Positions 9,538-16,998 of a stretch of 38,895 nt of DNA are shown in pieces. The stretch comes from a bacterium (GTDB lineage: Bacteria; Patescibacteriota; Minisyncoccia; Moranbacterales; UBA1568): assembly GCA_021821305.1 (NCBI GenBank), contig JAKACP010000001.1, positions 707,526 through 746,420 of the forward strand, in the 5' to 3' direction. The position numbers were made by a program, and so were the translations under genes. How positions within the stretch are numbered: the stretch's first letter is position 1; every line of letters starts with the position of its first letter. Below the pieces are notes generated by a model. That model did no database searches, had not been told where the DNA came from, and saw only the letters and a list, made by a program, of their open reading frames with translations.

Positions 9538-10461
9538 TCAGCGGATTTTCCGCGGGATGACTTCGAAGGAGAGATGCTCCTGGTCCTTTCTCGTGAACGG
9601 ACGCGGATAGAGGTCCGCGCCGCGGAACGGAAGCGTCTCTCCCTGATATTCGAAGAATTCGTCGAAGAGATCGACGAACCGTTCGAACCGATCGGCGCTT
9701 CCGGTAGGACTCGTCTCGAGGAGAGCGGAGAGCACGGGGAGGTATTTCCCTCCGATGAGCTTCCGCGCGACGAGCCACGCGAGGAAGTGATCCGGGACCC
9801 GGCCCTCCTCGTACCAATCGCGTATCTCGCGTGCTTCTCCGAAATCGGTCGGCCAGAAGATCGTCGAATCGCGCGCCGCTTCGCGCATCCCGTCCGAATA
9901 CGCCCACAGCTTGCGGTTCACGTCCCGGGAGACGAGCCATTCGGACGCCTTCCGCCGCTCCAGATCCGCGAGGAGTATTTGCAGGAGAAGTGCCCGATCG
10001 CGGAGCGAGACCGAAAACGTGATACCCCTGCGGCGCGGAATCTCCTTTTCCCAGACGAGACCGGATTTCCTCCACCGCGGAAAGTACATGGTGACCCGCC
10101 GCGGATCCTTTCTCCACCGCCGCATGCGCTCGTGGGCGATCGCGACGATCCCGTCCACGAGATGCGGCCAGAGAGCTCGCAACCGGGTACCGAGGAGCCG
10201 GTTCCCGCGGAACGTCGGATAATCCTTGTAGGGATATTCCCGCCGCATCCCGATCATCGAGACGAGCTCGAGCCCGTGCGACCCGATCTCCCAGACGACG
10301 ATCGATTCCTTTTTCCCGTTCGGGATTTCCTTGGCGACACCCGTCTCCCGTCCGAATCGGACCGGATACGAATGCTCGAGGATGGGATGCCCTCTCCCGT
10401 CGAGGAGGAAGGTCTGCCGGTACGGCAGGATCTCTCCTTGGTCGAACAATTCCTTCTGCAT
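9538..10461 (-). CDS. Hypothetical protein, 307 aa
   Basis: Promoter TTGAAC-17-TAGAGT (10523-10495), GTTCTTTG, GGAGG SD, terminator at ~9504-9535. No family recognised. Confidence 0.7.
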   Translation of the reverse strand: MQKELFDQGEILPYRQTFLLDGRGHPILEHSYPVRFGRETGVAKEIPNGKKESIVVWEIGSHGLELVSMIGMRREYPYKDYPTFRGNRLLGTRLRALWPHLVDGIVAIAHERMRRWRKDPRRVTMYFPRWRKSGLVWEKEIPRRRGITFSVSLRDRALLLQILLADLERRKASEWLVSRDVNRKLWAYSDGMREAARDSTIFWPTDFGEAREIRDWYEEGRVPDHFLAWLVARKLIGGKYLPVLSALLETSPTGSADRFERFVDLFDEFFEYQGETLPFRGADLYPRPFTRKDQEHLSFEVIPRKIR

Positions 10462-10541
10462 GATGGATTCCTCCGTGACAAAGAACAGCCCGATACTCTA
10501 TCACGCCGCGCCCCACGGTTCAAGCAGCCCGCTCTCGGGAC

Positions 10542-10574
10542 AAAAAAAGGCGACCGGTCATTATGACTGGTCGC
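10542..10574 (-). terminator. Intrinsic terminator
   Basis: GCGACCAGTCAT-A-ATGACCGGTCGC followed by CTTTTTTT on the minus strand. Confidence 0.75.
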
Positions 10575-10596
10575 TTCGTCCGAACCGCCACGGGAG

Positions 10597-11061
10597 TTAT
10601 CCCGCGGAAGGAACGCGGATCAGGCGGAACCGCCTCGCGAGACGATCGTGCCATTCCTCGCAATGGCGATCCCACAGCACATCGAGACTCGGTTTATAGC
10701 CGTGCTTCTTGGTCCACTCTTTCGCATGTTCGGAAGCTATGAGGAGAAACGCGAACGCTCCCCAGGCTTCCGGCGACACGGCCTTCTGCAGACCGCAGGC
10801 CTCCAAGGAAAAATGTTCCGGACCGCCCGACTTGAGCCAGTCCTCTTCCCTCCGCTCGAGCGGACAGTCGACGACGGACTTGCAGCGCAGGCAGGCTTCG
10901 TGGATTTCCTGGTTCTGTTTTTCGTACAGGGCGATGAGGCTGCAGACTTCGGCCATGGTGCCCGATGACTTGATGGATGCCAGCCACTCCTCCGCCGCCG
11001 ACGGATTCATTTCTTTGAAAAGACCGAGAAGCCGGTCGAACTCAGCACATTCCTGTTCCAT
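10597..11061 (-). CDS. Hypothetical Cys-containing protein, 154 aa
   Basis: Start MEQEC after GGAGGGG. Promoter TTGACA-17-AAGAAT (11121-11093). CLRC..C cluster. Own terminator. Confidence 0.7.
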   Translation of the reverse strand: MEQECAEFDRLLGLFKEMNPSAAEEWLASIKSSGTMAEVCSLIALYEKQNQEIHEACLRCKSVVDCPLERREEDWLKSGGPEHFSLEACGLQKAVSPEAWGAFAFLLIASEHAKEWTKKHGYKPSLDVLWDRHCEEWHDRLARRFRLIRVPSAG

Positions 11062-11203
11062 GATCCCCTCCGTATAAGAAGAACATGTCGACATTCTTCT
11101 CCTTTGCACCTCGGTTGTCAAGGACGCCGATTTTCGCGAAAAAACCGCGCGAATAGCGTTGCCGATAAGCGGATATGATTTGTCAGACGTTGATCCGTTC
11201 AGA

Positions 11204-12250
11204 TCACGAGGCCAGGTGCCGCCGGAAAAACTCGGTTGTCTGTCGCATGAAGTCCGTCCAGCGCGGACCGAACTCGTGCGCTTCCCCGTCATAGACGACA
11301 TAGTCGAGCGCTTTCCCCTCCGTCTTCATGAGCTCGGCAGTCCTATCCGACCACTCCTTGGGCACGCTCTCGTCCCTCGTCCCCTGGAAGAGGATCATCG
11401 GCACCGAGATCCGCTCGACATAGGTCGCGGGCGAGAGGGCATCCCATACGGGACCGTTCTCCTCGGGGGTGCCATAGCGCTCGCGGATGCGCTCCGCCCG
11501 TTCGGGATTCCTCGCCATGTATTTGAAATACGAATCCCGATAGTCCATGGAGATCGGCGCGTAGAGCGCGATGGCGTCGACCAGATCCGGTTTCGCCACC
11601 GCGATCGTCTGTGCGATTCCTCCGCCCATCGAGTGTCCGAGCATGCCGATATTTTCCTTGTCGAAATACGGGAGCGATGACGCGCGTACCGCATAGACAG
11701 CGTTGATCACGTCCTCGACATATCCGAGTCGGTTCTCGAGTTCGCCGTCGTCCACGCGGCTCGACTGCGCGTGATTGCGGTAGTCCGGATGGATCACGAC
11801 GAATCCCTGCCGGGCGAGATAGTCCTGCTCGCGGCGCAATCCGCGCCCGTTGGTATAGATGGCCGGATCGATATAGCCGTGGTTGAGGATGAGCACCGGA
11901 AACGGTCCGGCGCCCGAAGGCACGTTCATGATGCCCGAGATCGAGAGCTCGCCGCTCCGGTAGGTGATGTAGTAGCGGGTGTACGCGTCGTGACGCTCGA
12001 GTATCTGTCCCACGGAAAGATCCCTCCCGTCGAAGTTCTTGTCAACCAGCTCCTCGATGGACGGCCACGTCGGAGATACGACCGCATTCGGGTTCGGCGC
12101 CTCGGCCGGGTCCGACGACGTATCGCCCGCGCGCTCCGGAAGTACGGCGACGCCGGGAGCCGATTCCGGACGCATGAGAAAAAACGCGACGAGCCCGACC
12201 GTCGCGACGACGACGGCGATGACGATGATCGGTCGTGCGGAAAAAATCAT
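11204..12250 (-). CDS. Membrane-anchored alpha/beta hydrolase, S9 peptidase-like
   Basis: N-terminal TM, ILNHGY, GHSMGG nucleophile, QGTRDESVP (Asp), GEAHEF (His). Confidence 0.9.
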   Translation of the reverse strand: MIFSARPIIVIAVVVATVGLVAFFLMRPESAPGVAVLPERAGDTSSDPAEAPNPNAVVSPTWPSIEELVDKNFDGRDLSVGQILERHDAYTRYYITYRSGELSISGIMNVPSGAGPFPVLILNHGYIDPAIYTNGRGLRREQDYLARQGFVVIHPDYRNHAQSSRVDDGELENRLGYVEDVINAVYAVRASSLPYFDKENIGMLGHSMGGGIAQTIAVAKPDLVDAIALYAPISMDYRDSYFKYMARNPERAERIRERYGTPEENGPVWDALSPATYVERISVPMILFQGTRDESVPKEWSDRTAELMKTEGKALDYVVYDGEAHEFGPRWTDFMRQTTEFFRRHLAS

Positions 12251-12313
12251 ACGCTCCGGGTCGGGTTACGATGAGTATTACAATCGCACCGGATATCTCT
12301 TCCCGCGCGAGCT

Positions 12314-12535
12314 CTAAAGCTTCTCGAGTTCCTTGAGGTCCTTGTCGGGGAAATAGAGTATGGCGAACCCGACGATGATCCCGCCTATGGCGGTCCAGAG
12401 ACCGTTGCCGGAAAATACCGCGACGTCGACCCAGTCGAGGATATGCCATATCCCCCGCCAGATGATGACAAGCCCGACGACGATACCGAGGTTCTTCCCG
12501 AAATAAGCGATGAGCGAACGTTTCATGATTCTCAT
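12314..12535 (-). CDS. Small membrane protein, ~73 aa
   Basis: Two TM helices with IIWRGIWHILD. Start at 12535 or 12526; the longer ORF overlaps the exonuclease gene. Confidence 0.75.
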   Translation of the reverse strand: MRIMKRSLIAYFGKNLGIVVGLVIIWRGIWHILDWVDVAVFSGNGLWTAIGGIIVGFAILYFPDKDLKELEKL

Positions 12536-12612
12536 GGATGCGTATCGATTATGAACGGATAAACAGGGGTCGTTTGGAATGATACCACGGAAATACCGGG
12601 AAGCGTTCCGGA

Positions 12613-13353
12613 TCAGGATGTCGAGCCTTTGAGGTAGTGGTCGAGGGTGTAGATCCAGTTCTCGTCGTCCTCCTCGCCGCGCTCCCTCGCCATGACCTTC
12701 TGATTGAGGAGCCACGCGAGATAGCTCGCGTCCTCGGACGCGACTTTTTTCACATCCTCACCGGAATATTTCCCGAAATTGAATTTTCGGATGAGGATCG
12801 GGCGAGCGGACACCGCGAGCATCTCATGGAGCACCGCTCCCTCGTCGCCGAGCGTCCCGAGCATCTTCGTGAAATGGAAGTCGAACAGCGCGCGGAGCAC
12901 GCGCACATCGCCCAAGGCATCGTGCGCCGAGGCATCCTCGACGTCGAGGTCGTGGTAGTAGCGCAGGTACTGCAGATTGTATTTCGGGATCTCCCCCGTG
13001 ATATCGAGGTGATGCGCCACCTTGAAGGTGTCGATCATCCCCCCGACCGCGATCCCCTCGCGCGCGAGCATGTCCGCGTCGAATTTGGCATTGTGCGCGA
13101 CGAGGACGGCGCCCGAGGCGAAGATATCCGAGAGCTCCCGATGCATCTCCGATTCCGCGAACGGTGGGAACGCTCCCACCATCTTGTTCGTGATCCGCGT
13201 CACGACCATTGCGTCGATCGAGATCGGCACGGGCGGACAGAAAAGCGACTCGGCCTCCTGGCCGCCGAACTCGTACGCCACCTGGCACAGCCGGTCCTCC
13301 GGCCCGATGCCCGTCGTCTCCGTGTCGAGAAATATGAGTTTGGTCCTGTCCAT
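12613..13353 (-). CDS. DEDDh 3'-5' exonuclease, ExoX-like, with C-terminal FGKY (DUF3820-like) domain
   Basis: IFLDTETTG, VAHNAKFD, IDTF, AHDALGDV, FNFGKYSG...DASYLAWL. Confidence 0.9.
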   Translation of the reverse strand: MDRTKLIFLDTETTGIGPEDRLCQVAYEFGGQEAESLFCPPVPISIDAMVVTRITNKMVGAFPPFAESEMHRELSDIFASGAVLVAHNAKFDADMLAREGIAVGGMIDTFKVAHHLDITGEIPKYNLQYLRYYHDLDVEDASAHDALGDVRVLRALFDFHFTKMLGTLGDEGAVLHEMLAVSARPILIRKFNFGKYSGEDVKKVASEDASYLAWLLNQKVMARERGEEDDENWIYTLDHYLKGSTS

Positions 13354-13409
13354 AGGCTTTTCTTGATATATTTCTCTCCAGTATACACCTGTCCGGTCCA
13401 TCTGTCCGC

Positions 13410-13443
13410 AAAAAAAAACGGGATAGTCATAATGACTATACCC
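13410..13443 (-). terminator. Intrinsic-terminator-like hairpin with no adjacent upstream CDS on this strand
   Basis: GGGTATAGTCAT-T-ATGACTATCCCG followed by T9 on the minus strand. Confidence 0.6.
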
Positions 13444-13555
13444 TCAGGGCCTTGCAGAGAACCGCGGCGGACGCAAGGACGGAATGGAAAAAATTCCATC
13501 GTCAACTGTAGTACAGGGTACGGCACCTTCACAACCCGTTTCAGAGGAGACCATC

Positions 13556-14095
13556 ATGGCCAAGAAACCCCGTCGCACCGTCCCCGTACCCGCCTCGCTC
13601 GCCGAAGCCAACCACTCCCTCTTCCGCCTCGGTGCCATCGACCGCGCGGTCGCCGCCATCGAAAGCGGGCTCGAGGAAGAGATCGCCCGGCTTCGCAAGG
13701 AAGCCGAAGAAAAAAGCGCTCCCTTGCTCGCGGAACACGCCGATCTCGCGACCGGCCTCGAGGTCTTCGCCCGGGCCAACCGCGAGACGCTCCTCGCACG
13801 CGACAGGAAGTCCGTCCGGACCTCGGCCGGCACCTTCGGCTGGCGCGTCACTCCGTACAAGGTGGAGTTCCTGCGCGGCGCCGACAAGGTCCTCGCCGCG
13901 ATCAAGAAACTCAAGCTCAAGAAATATATCCGCGTCACGGAGTCGATCGACAAAAAAGCCCTGCTCAAGGACCGCCCCGTCATCGCCGGCGTGAAATACG
14001 CACGGCGCGAGGAATTCTTCTATGCAGTCTCCTCGGAGACCACGACGGATCCGGATGCGCCGGCCGATGCCGCCCTATTCGCCAAAACCGCCTAA
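13556..14095 (+). CDS. Mu Gam-like host-nuclease inhibitor (DNA end-binding) protein
   Basis: Long N-terminal coiled coil, then FARANRETLL..RKSVRTSAGTFGWR.TP, YIRVTESIDKKALL, IAGVKY..REEFFY. SD GAGGAG at 13544-13549. Confidence 0.85.
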   Translation: MAKKPRRTVPVPASLAEANHSLFRLGAIDRAVAAIESGLEEEIARLRKEAEEKSAPLLAEHADLATGLEVFARANRETLLARDRKSVRTSAGTFGWRVTPYKVEFLRGADKVLAAIKKLKLKKYIRVTESIDKKALLKDRPVIAGVKYARREEFFYAVSSETTTDPDAPADAALFAKTA

Positions 14096-14109
14096 GGGTC
14101 TCCCCTCCG

Positions 14110-14141
14110 CCCGTCAGTCATCGTACTGCCGGGCTTTTTTT
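14110..14141 (+). terminator. Intrinsic terminator of the gam-like gene
   Basis: CCCGTCAGT...ACTGCCGGG followed by CTTTTTTT. Confidence 0.65.
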
Positions 14142-14386
14142 CATATCTTCCCGATCAGTTCGAGCTTCTGGGCGCGGGAGAGCCGCTTGATACGGGATTC
14201 CTCGCGGGACGCCTCCGAACGATTCTCGAACGCTCGCGAGAAAACGAGCGAGACCGGTCTTCGCCCCCGCGTATATTTCGCCCCGAGCGTCGAACCGTTG
14301 TGCTCGAGAATCCGACGCTCCACATCGGTCGTGATGCCCACGTACAGCGTCTTGTCCGCACATTGGAGGATATAGAGGTGATACAT
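14141..14386 (-). CDS. GIY-YIG nuclease (UPF0213, YhbQ/YazA-like)
   Basis: YHLYILQCADKTLYVGITTDVERRILEHN..GAKYTRGRRPV..EASREESRIKRLSR. Confidence 0.92.
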   Translation of the reverse strand: MYHLYILQCADKTLYVGITTDVERRILEHNGSTLGAKYTRGRRPVSLVFSRAFENRSEASREESRIKRLSRAQKLELIGKI

Positions 14387-14495
14387 GGTTCCATTCTACT
14401 CCCAAGTCGTCAAATCAGGATATGGTTACGTAAGTGCCAAAAAGGTACTTGCCTGCCCGCCTGTGGAGGAACGCCTTTTCTTCTCTTCGCCGAAA

Positions 14496-15932
14496 TTATG
14501 CCTGCAATATTTTCTTTAATCGATTCACCAAAAACTCGTCAAATCTATCCGGATCCTCCTTGCGCGTTCTAATCATCTCAATGAGATCGCCACCACCAAT
14601 TGGGAATATTAAGCACCTCTGAGCGAGAAAGTGTCTACGTGCTCTTTCGATATCTTTGTCCTGAACTTCTTTCCTTGATATTAGAAACACCAACTCTCTA
14701 CCATTTGCAAGAGTGTACGCCCTCCCCTGGTTGAATTCGTCGTTAGAAATTCTGCTACTATCATAGTTTTTCGCTTCAATAACCAGAAGTCCAGATTTGA
14801 TTTGCTGGTTTCTTATCATTTTGAAAAGTGGCGTGTTTGCACCATTTCCGAAGACAACGTCGTATCGAAAAATACCATCTACCGAACAATCCTCTCGTGT
14901 CCCGCTCGTTAGATGGCCATCATACAGCGCAGTAAAAATCTTTCTGAGAAACTCGGAAAATCTGCTAGCACCGCCTTTTCCAGAAGGGATTTTTTTAAGC
15001 TCCTCAATATAAGAACTCCAGTTTTCCTTTCCTTTTTTTCTTTTCTTACGCCGCTCATCATCAAAGATATTTGGGTTTCCAACATAATCAGCTACCAGCT
15101 CTGGTCTATTTTTGGCAATTTTTCTGATTGCAGCCGTCTTCTTACCGAAACGACTCTTCAAGTCATTTTCTACTTGCTTCAGAGAAACTTTCGGCTTCTT
15201 ACCTATTGATCTAGTTGTTATTATTCGCTGCTCCTCCTCGTGCTTTAAAAAATATCTCAAATAATTCTGATAAAATCCTTCCGGACTGAAAATTGGGATC
15301 TTCCGAACTAGGTGCTTGGGCACAAAAATCCTCGGTTCGCAAAATCCGTCTTCTTCGAAGTAGGGAAGCCTCACTCTTGGTATGGGGCGCCACGTAAATG
15401 AAAAGGGGTCTAATGCACGCTCAATTTGAATATCAGTCGTTTTAAGCCCGTAAAGTTTTACCTGTTCCTCTGTATATTGGATTAGATACGAAATACCAAA
15501 ATTCGCCACCAAATCTGAAAGCGTATCCGGACCAACTTTAGGAATAACGATCGACATCTTGGCAAGAGCCTCTACTCCGACTTCATGCACAGTTTCGTTA
15601 TCGAAGATTTCATTCTTTATTGCAATCGCTTTTTCCTCCGCCCCTCCCCTTCCATTTTTCCCATTTTTACAGTAACCGAGAGCTATATGGCTAACTTCCG
15701 GAAATTCAAGCGCTGCTTCAAGCTCATCTGAAGTTATCGCGCCCTCTCTATAAGAATTTAGGTAACGATTAAAGTATTCGTAAATAAGAGCCTGCACCTT
15801 GTGCCATCTGGTTTCTGGTGAATGATACAGGAGATTCAAATCAATATAAACAGGAGTGTCGTCCTTGCTGGGAAAAACGAAATCGACTTCATGCGGTTTA
15901 TACTCCTTTATCAATTCGCCGAGAGTAATCAT
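14496..15932 (-). CDS. Uncharacterised protein with C-terminal PD-(D/E)XK (restriction endonuclease-like) domain
   Basis: C-terminal FSEFLRKIF..RYDVVF..LVIEAKNY..EFNQGRAY. The N-terminal ~300 aa (DTPVYID, LGY..GxG, VGPDTLSD, YTEEQ) is not assigned to a named family. Confidence 0.7.
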   Translation of the reverse strand: MITLGELIKEYKPHEVDFVFPSKDDTPVYIDLNLLYHSPETRWHKVQALIYEYFNRYLNSYREGAITSDELEAALEFPEVSHIALGYCKNGKNGRGGAEEKAIAIKNEIFDNETVHEVGVEALAKMSIVIPKVGPDTLSDLVANFGISYLIQYTEEQVKLYGLKTTDIQIERALDPFSFTWRPIPRVRLPYFEEDGFCEPRIFVPKHLVRKIPIFSPEGFYQNYLRYFLKHEEEQRIITTRSIGKKPKVSLKQVENDLKSRFGKKTAAIRKIAKNRPELVADYVGNPNIFDDERRKKRKKGKENWSSYIEELKKIPSGKGGASRFSEFLRKIFTALYDGHLTSGTREDCSVDGIFRYDVVFGNGANTPLFKMIRNQQIKSGLLVIEAKNYDSSRISNDEFNQGRAYTLANGRELVFLISRKEVQDKDIERARRHFLAQRCLIFPIGGGDLIEMIRTRKEDPDRFDEFLVNRLKKILQA

Positions 15933-15945
15933 TTACATGGAAAAA

Positions 15946-16461
15946 TCAGATTAACCCTAATTCTTTAGCCCTGTAATATACCGCCTGCCCGGAAACTCTG
16001 AAGATAGATGCGATCCTGGCTTTCTTAAAGTCGATATCTTCCCTTATCGCATTCCATCTTTCAATAAAAATCTCCTCAGGCATCAGAAATGCCGCGGAAA
16101 AATGATCGCAAAACCTTTCTTCTCCGCTTGCGGAGTATATCTCCCCCTCGGAAAAACCAAAGGCTTTTTCGGAATTTCTGATAATATGTGCAATTTCATG
16201 ACACAACGTGAAGCGCTGCCGATACTCATAATCTCGACCGTTGACGAAAATCCTATACTCCCCGATTCCCGGATCAAAATACTCGAGACCAGAAACAGTA
16301 AACTCATCGGAATTCTTGAACGAAACAGTTATTCTTATGCCGAAATTTTCTTCTGTCCATCGAATCAGCGACAAGATGGATGGCATCGTGTCCCCGAGAC
16401 TGGAATATATGGCGCCTGCTGTTTGTTCGGCATCATTATTTATTTTTTCAAATCCATCCAT
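15946..16461 (-). CDS. ImmA/IrrE family metallo-endopeptidase
   Basis: RQRFTLCHEIAHI (HExxH), EERFCDHFSAAFLMP, C-terminal HTH IASIFRVSGQAVYYR. Confidence 0.92.
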   Translation of the reverse strand: MDGFEKINNDAEQTAGAIYSSLGDTMPSILSLIRWTEENFGIRITVSFKNSDEFTVSGLEYFDPGIGEYRIFVNGRDYEYRQRFTLCHEIAHIIRNSEKAFGFSEGEIYSASGEERFCDHFSAAFLMPEEIFIERWNAIREDIDFKKARIASIFRVSGQAVYYRAKELGLI

Positions 16462-16464
16462 ATG

Positions 16465-16791
16465 TCATTTCAAACGGTCAATCATACCCTCGATAATACG
16501 AACGTCCTCATCATTGCTTATGTTATATTTTTTCCTCAAATATACCTTGAGAGGTGCATGATCATCCTGTTCAGCATCAATGACTTTCAGCATATCGAGA
16601 ATCTCCTTCACTTTGACATTGAATCCTTTAGCCAGCTTGATAATCGTAGCGAGAGACACATTCCTACTATCGAAATCCCCTTTTTCGATTCGAGAGAGAA
16701 AACCCTTGGACAAATCAGTTTTTTCGGCCAACTGTTCAAGCGTATCAGCCGAGTTTTTCCTGTAATCCGCAACGAGATTGCTGAGTTTCAT
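16465..16791 (-). CDS. XRE-family helix-turn-helix repressor (ImmR/CapH-like)
   Basis: TLEQLAEKTDLSKGFLSRIEKG..NVSLATIIKLAKGF. Sits 3 nt upstream of the peptidase. Confidence 0.92.
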   Translation of the reverse strand: MKLSNLVADYRKNSADTLEQLAEKTDLSKGFLSRIEKGDFDSRNVSLATIIKLAKGFNVKVKEILDMLKVIDAEQDDHAPLKVYLRKKYNISNDEDVRIIEGMIDRLK

Positions 16792-16795
16792 ACTG

Positions 16796-16842
16796 GTAAA
16801 ATAAGTTTACTTTAGATTACACGAGGCGCAGAAGGTTGTCAA
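16796..16842 (-). promoter_or_regulatory. Promoter and candidate operator of the XRE-peptidase-nuclease operon
   Basis: TTGACA (16842-16837), 17 nt, TAATCT. Inverted repeat GTAAA-N5-TTTAC (16796-16810) overlaps AAGT-N2-ACTT just downstream of the -10. Confidence 0.55.
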
Positions 16843-16998
16843 GAATGCTTTATTATAAGCAAAAAAGGAGCTACAGGCTCCTTTTCCCATTCAAGCTTCC
16901 AAAGATTCTCACTATGTATCCGCCGGATTTCTTATTCACATCGCTCTCACATATGCGGATAACTTTCCAGCTTTCTTTTTTCAATTACCTATTCCTCT

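Noticed and set aside
9574-10566. + strand 330-aa ORF as the real gene of this interval
   Set aside because: Promoter, SD and terminator all support the minus-strand ORF 9538..10461.
13556-16791. Prophage or ICE suggested by Gam plus ImmA/ImmR-like genes
   Set aside because: No integrase, transposase, terminase, capsid, relaxase or conjugation genes are present in the window.
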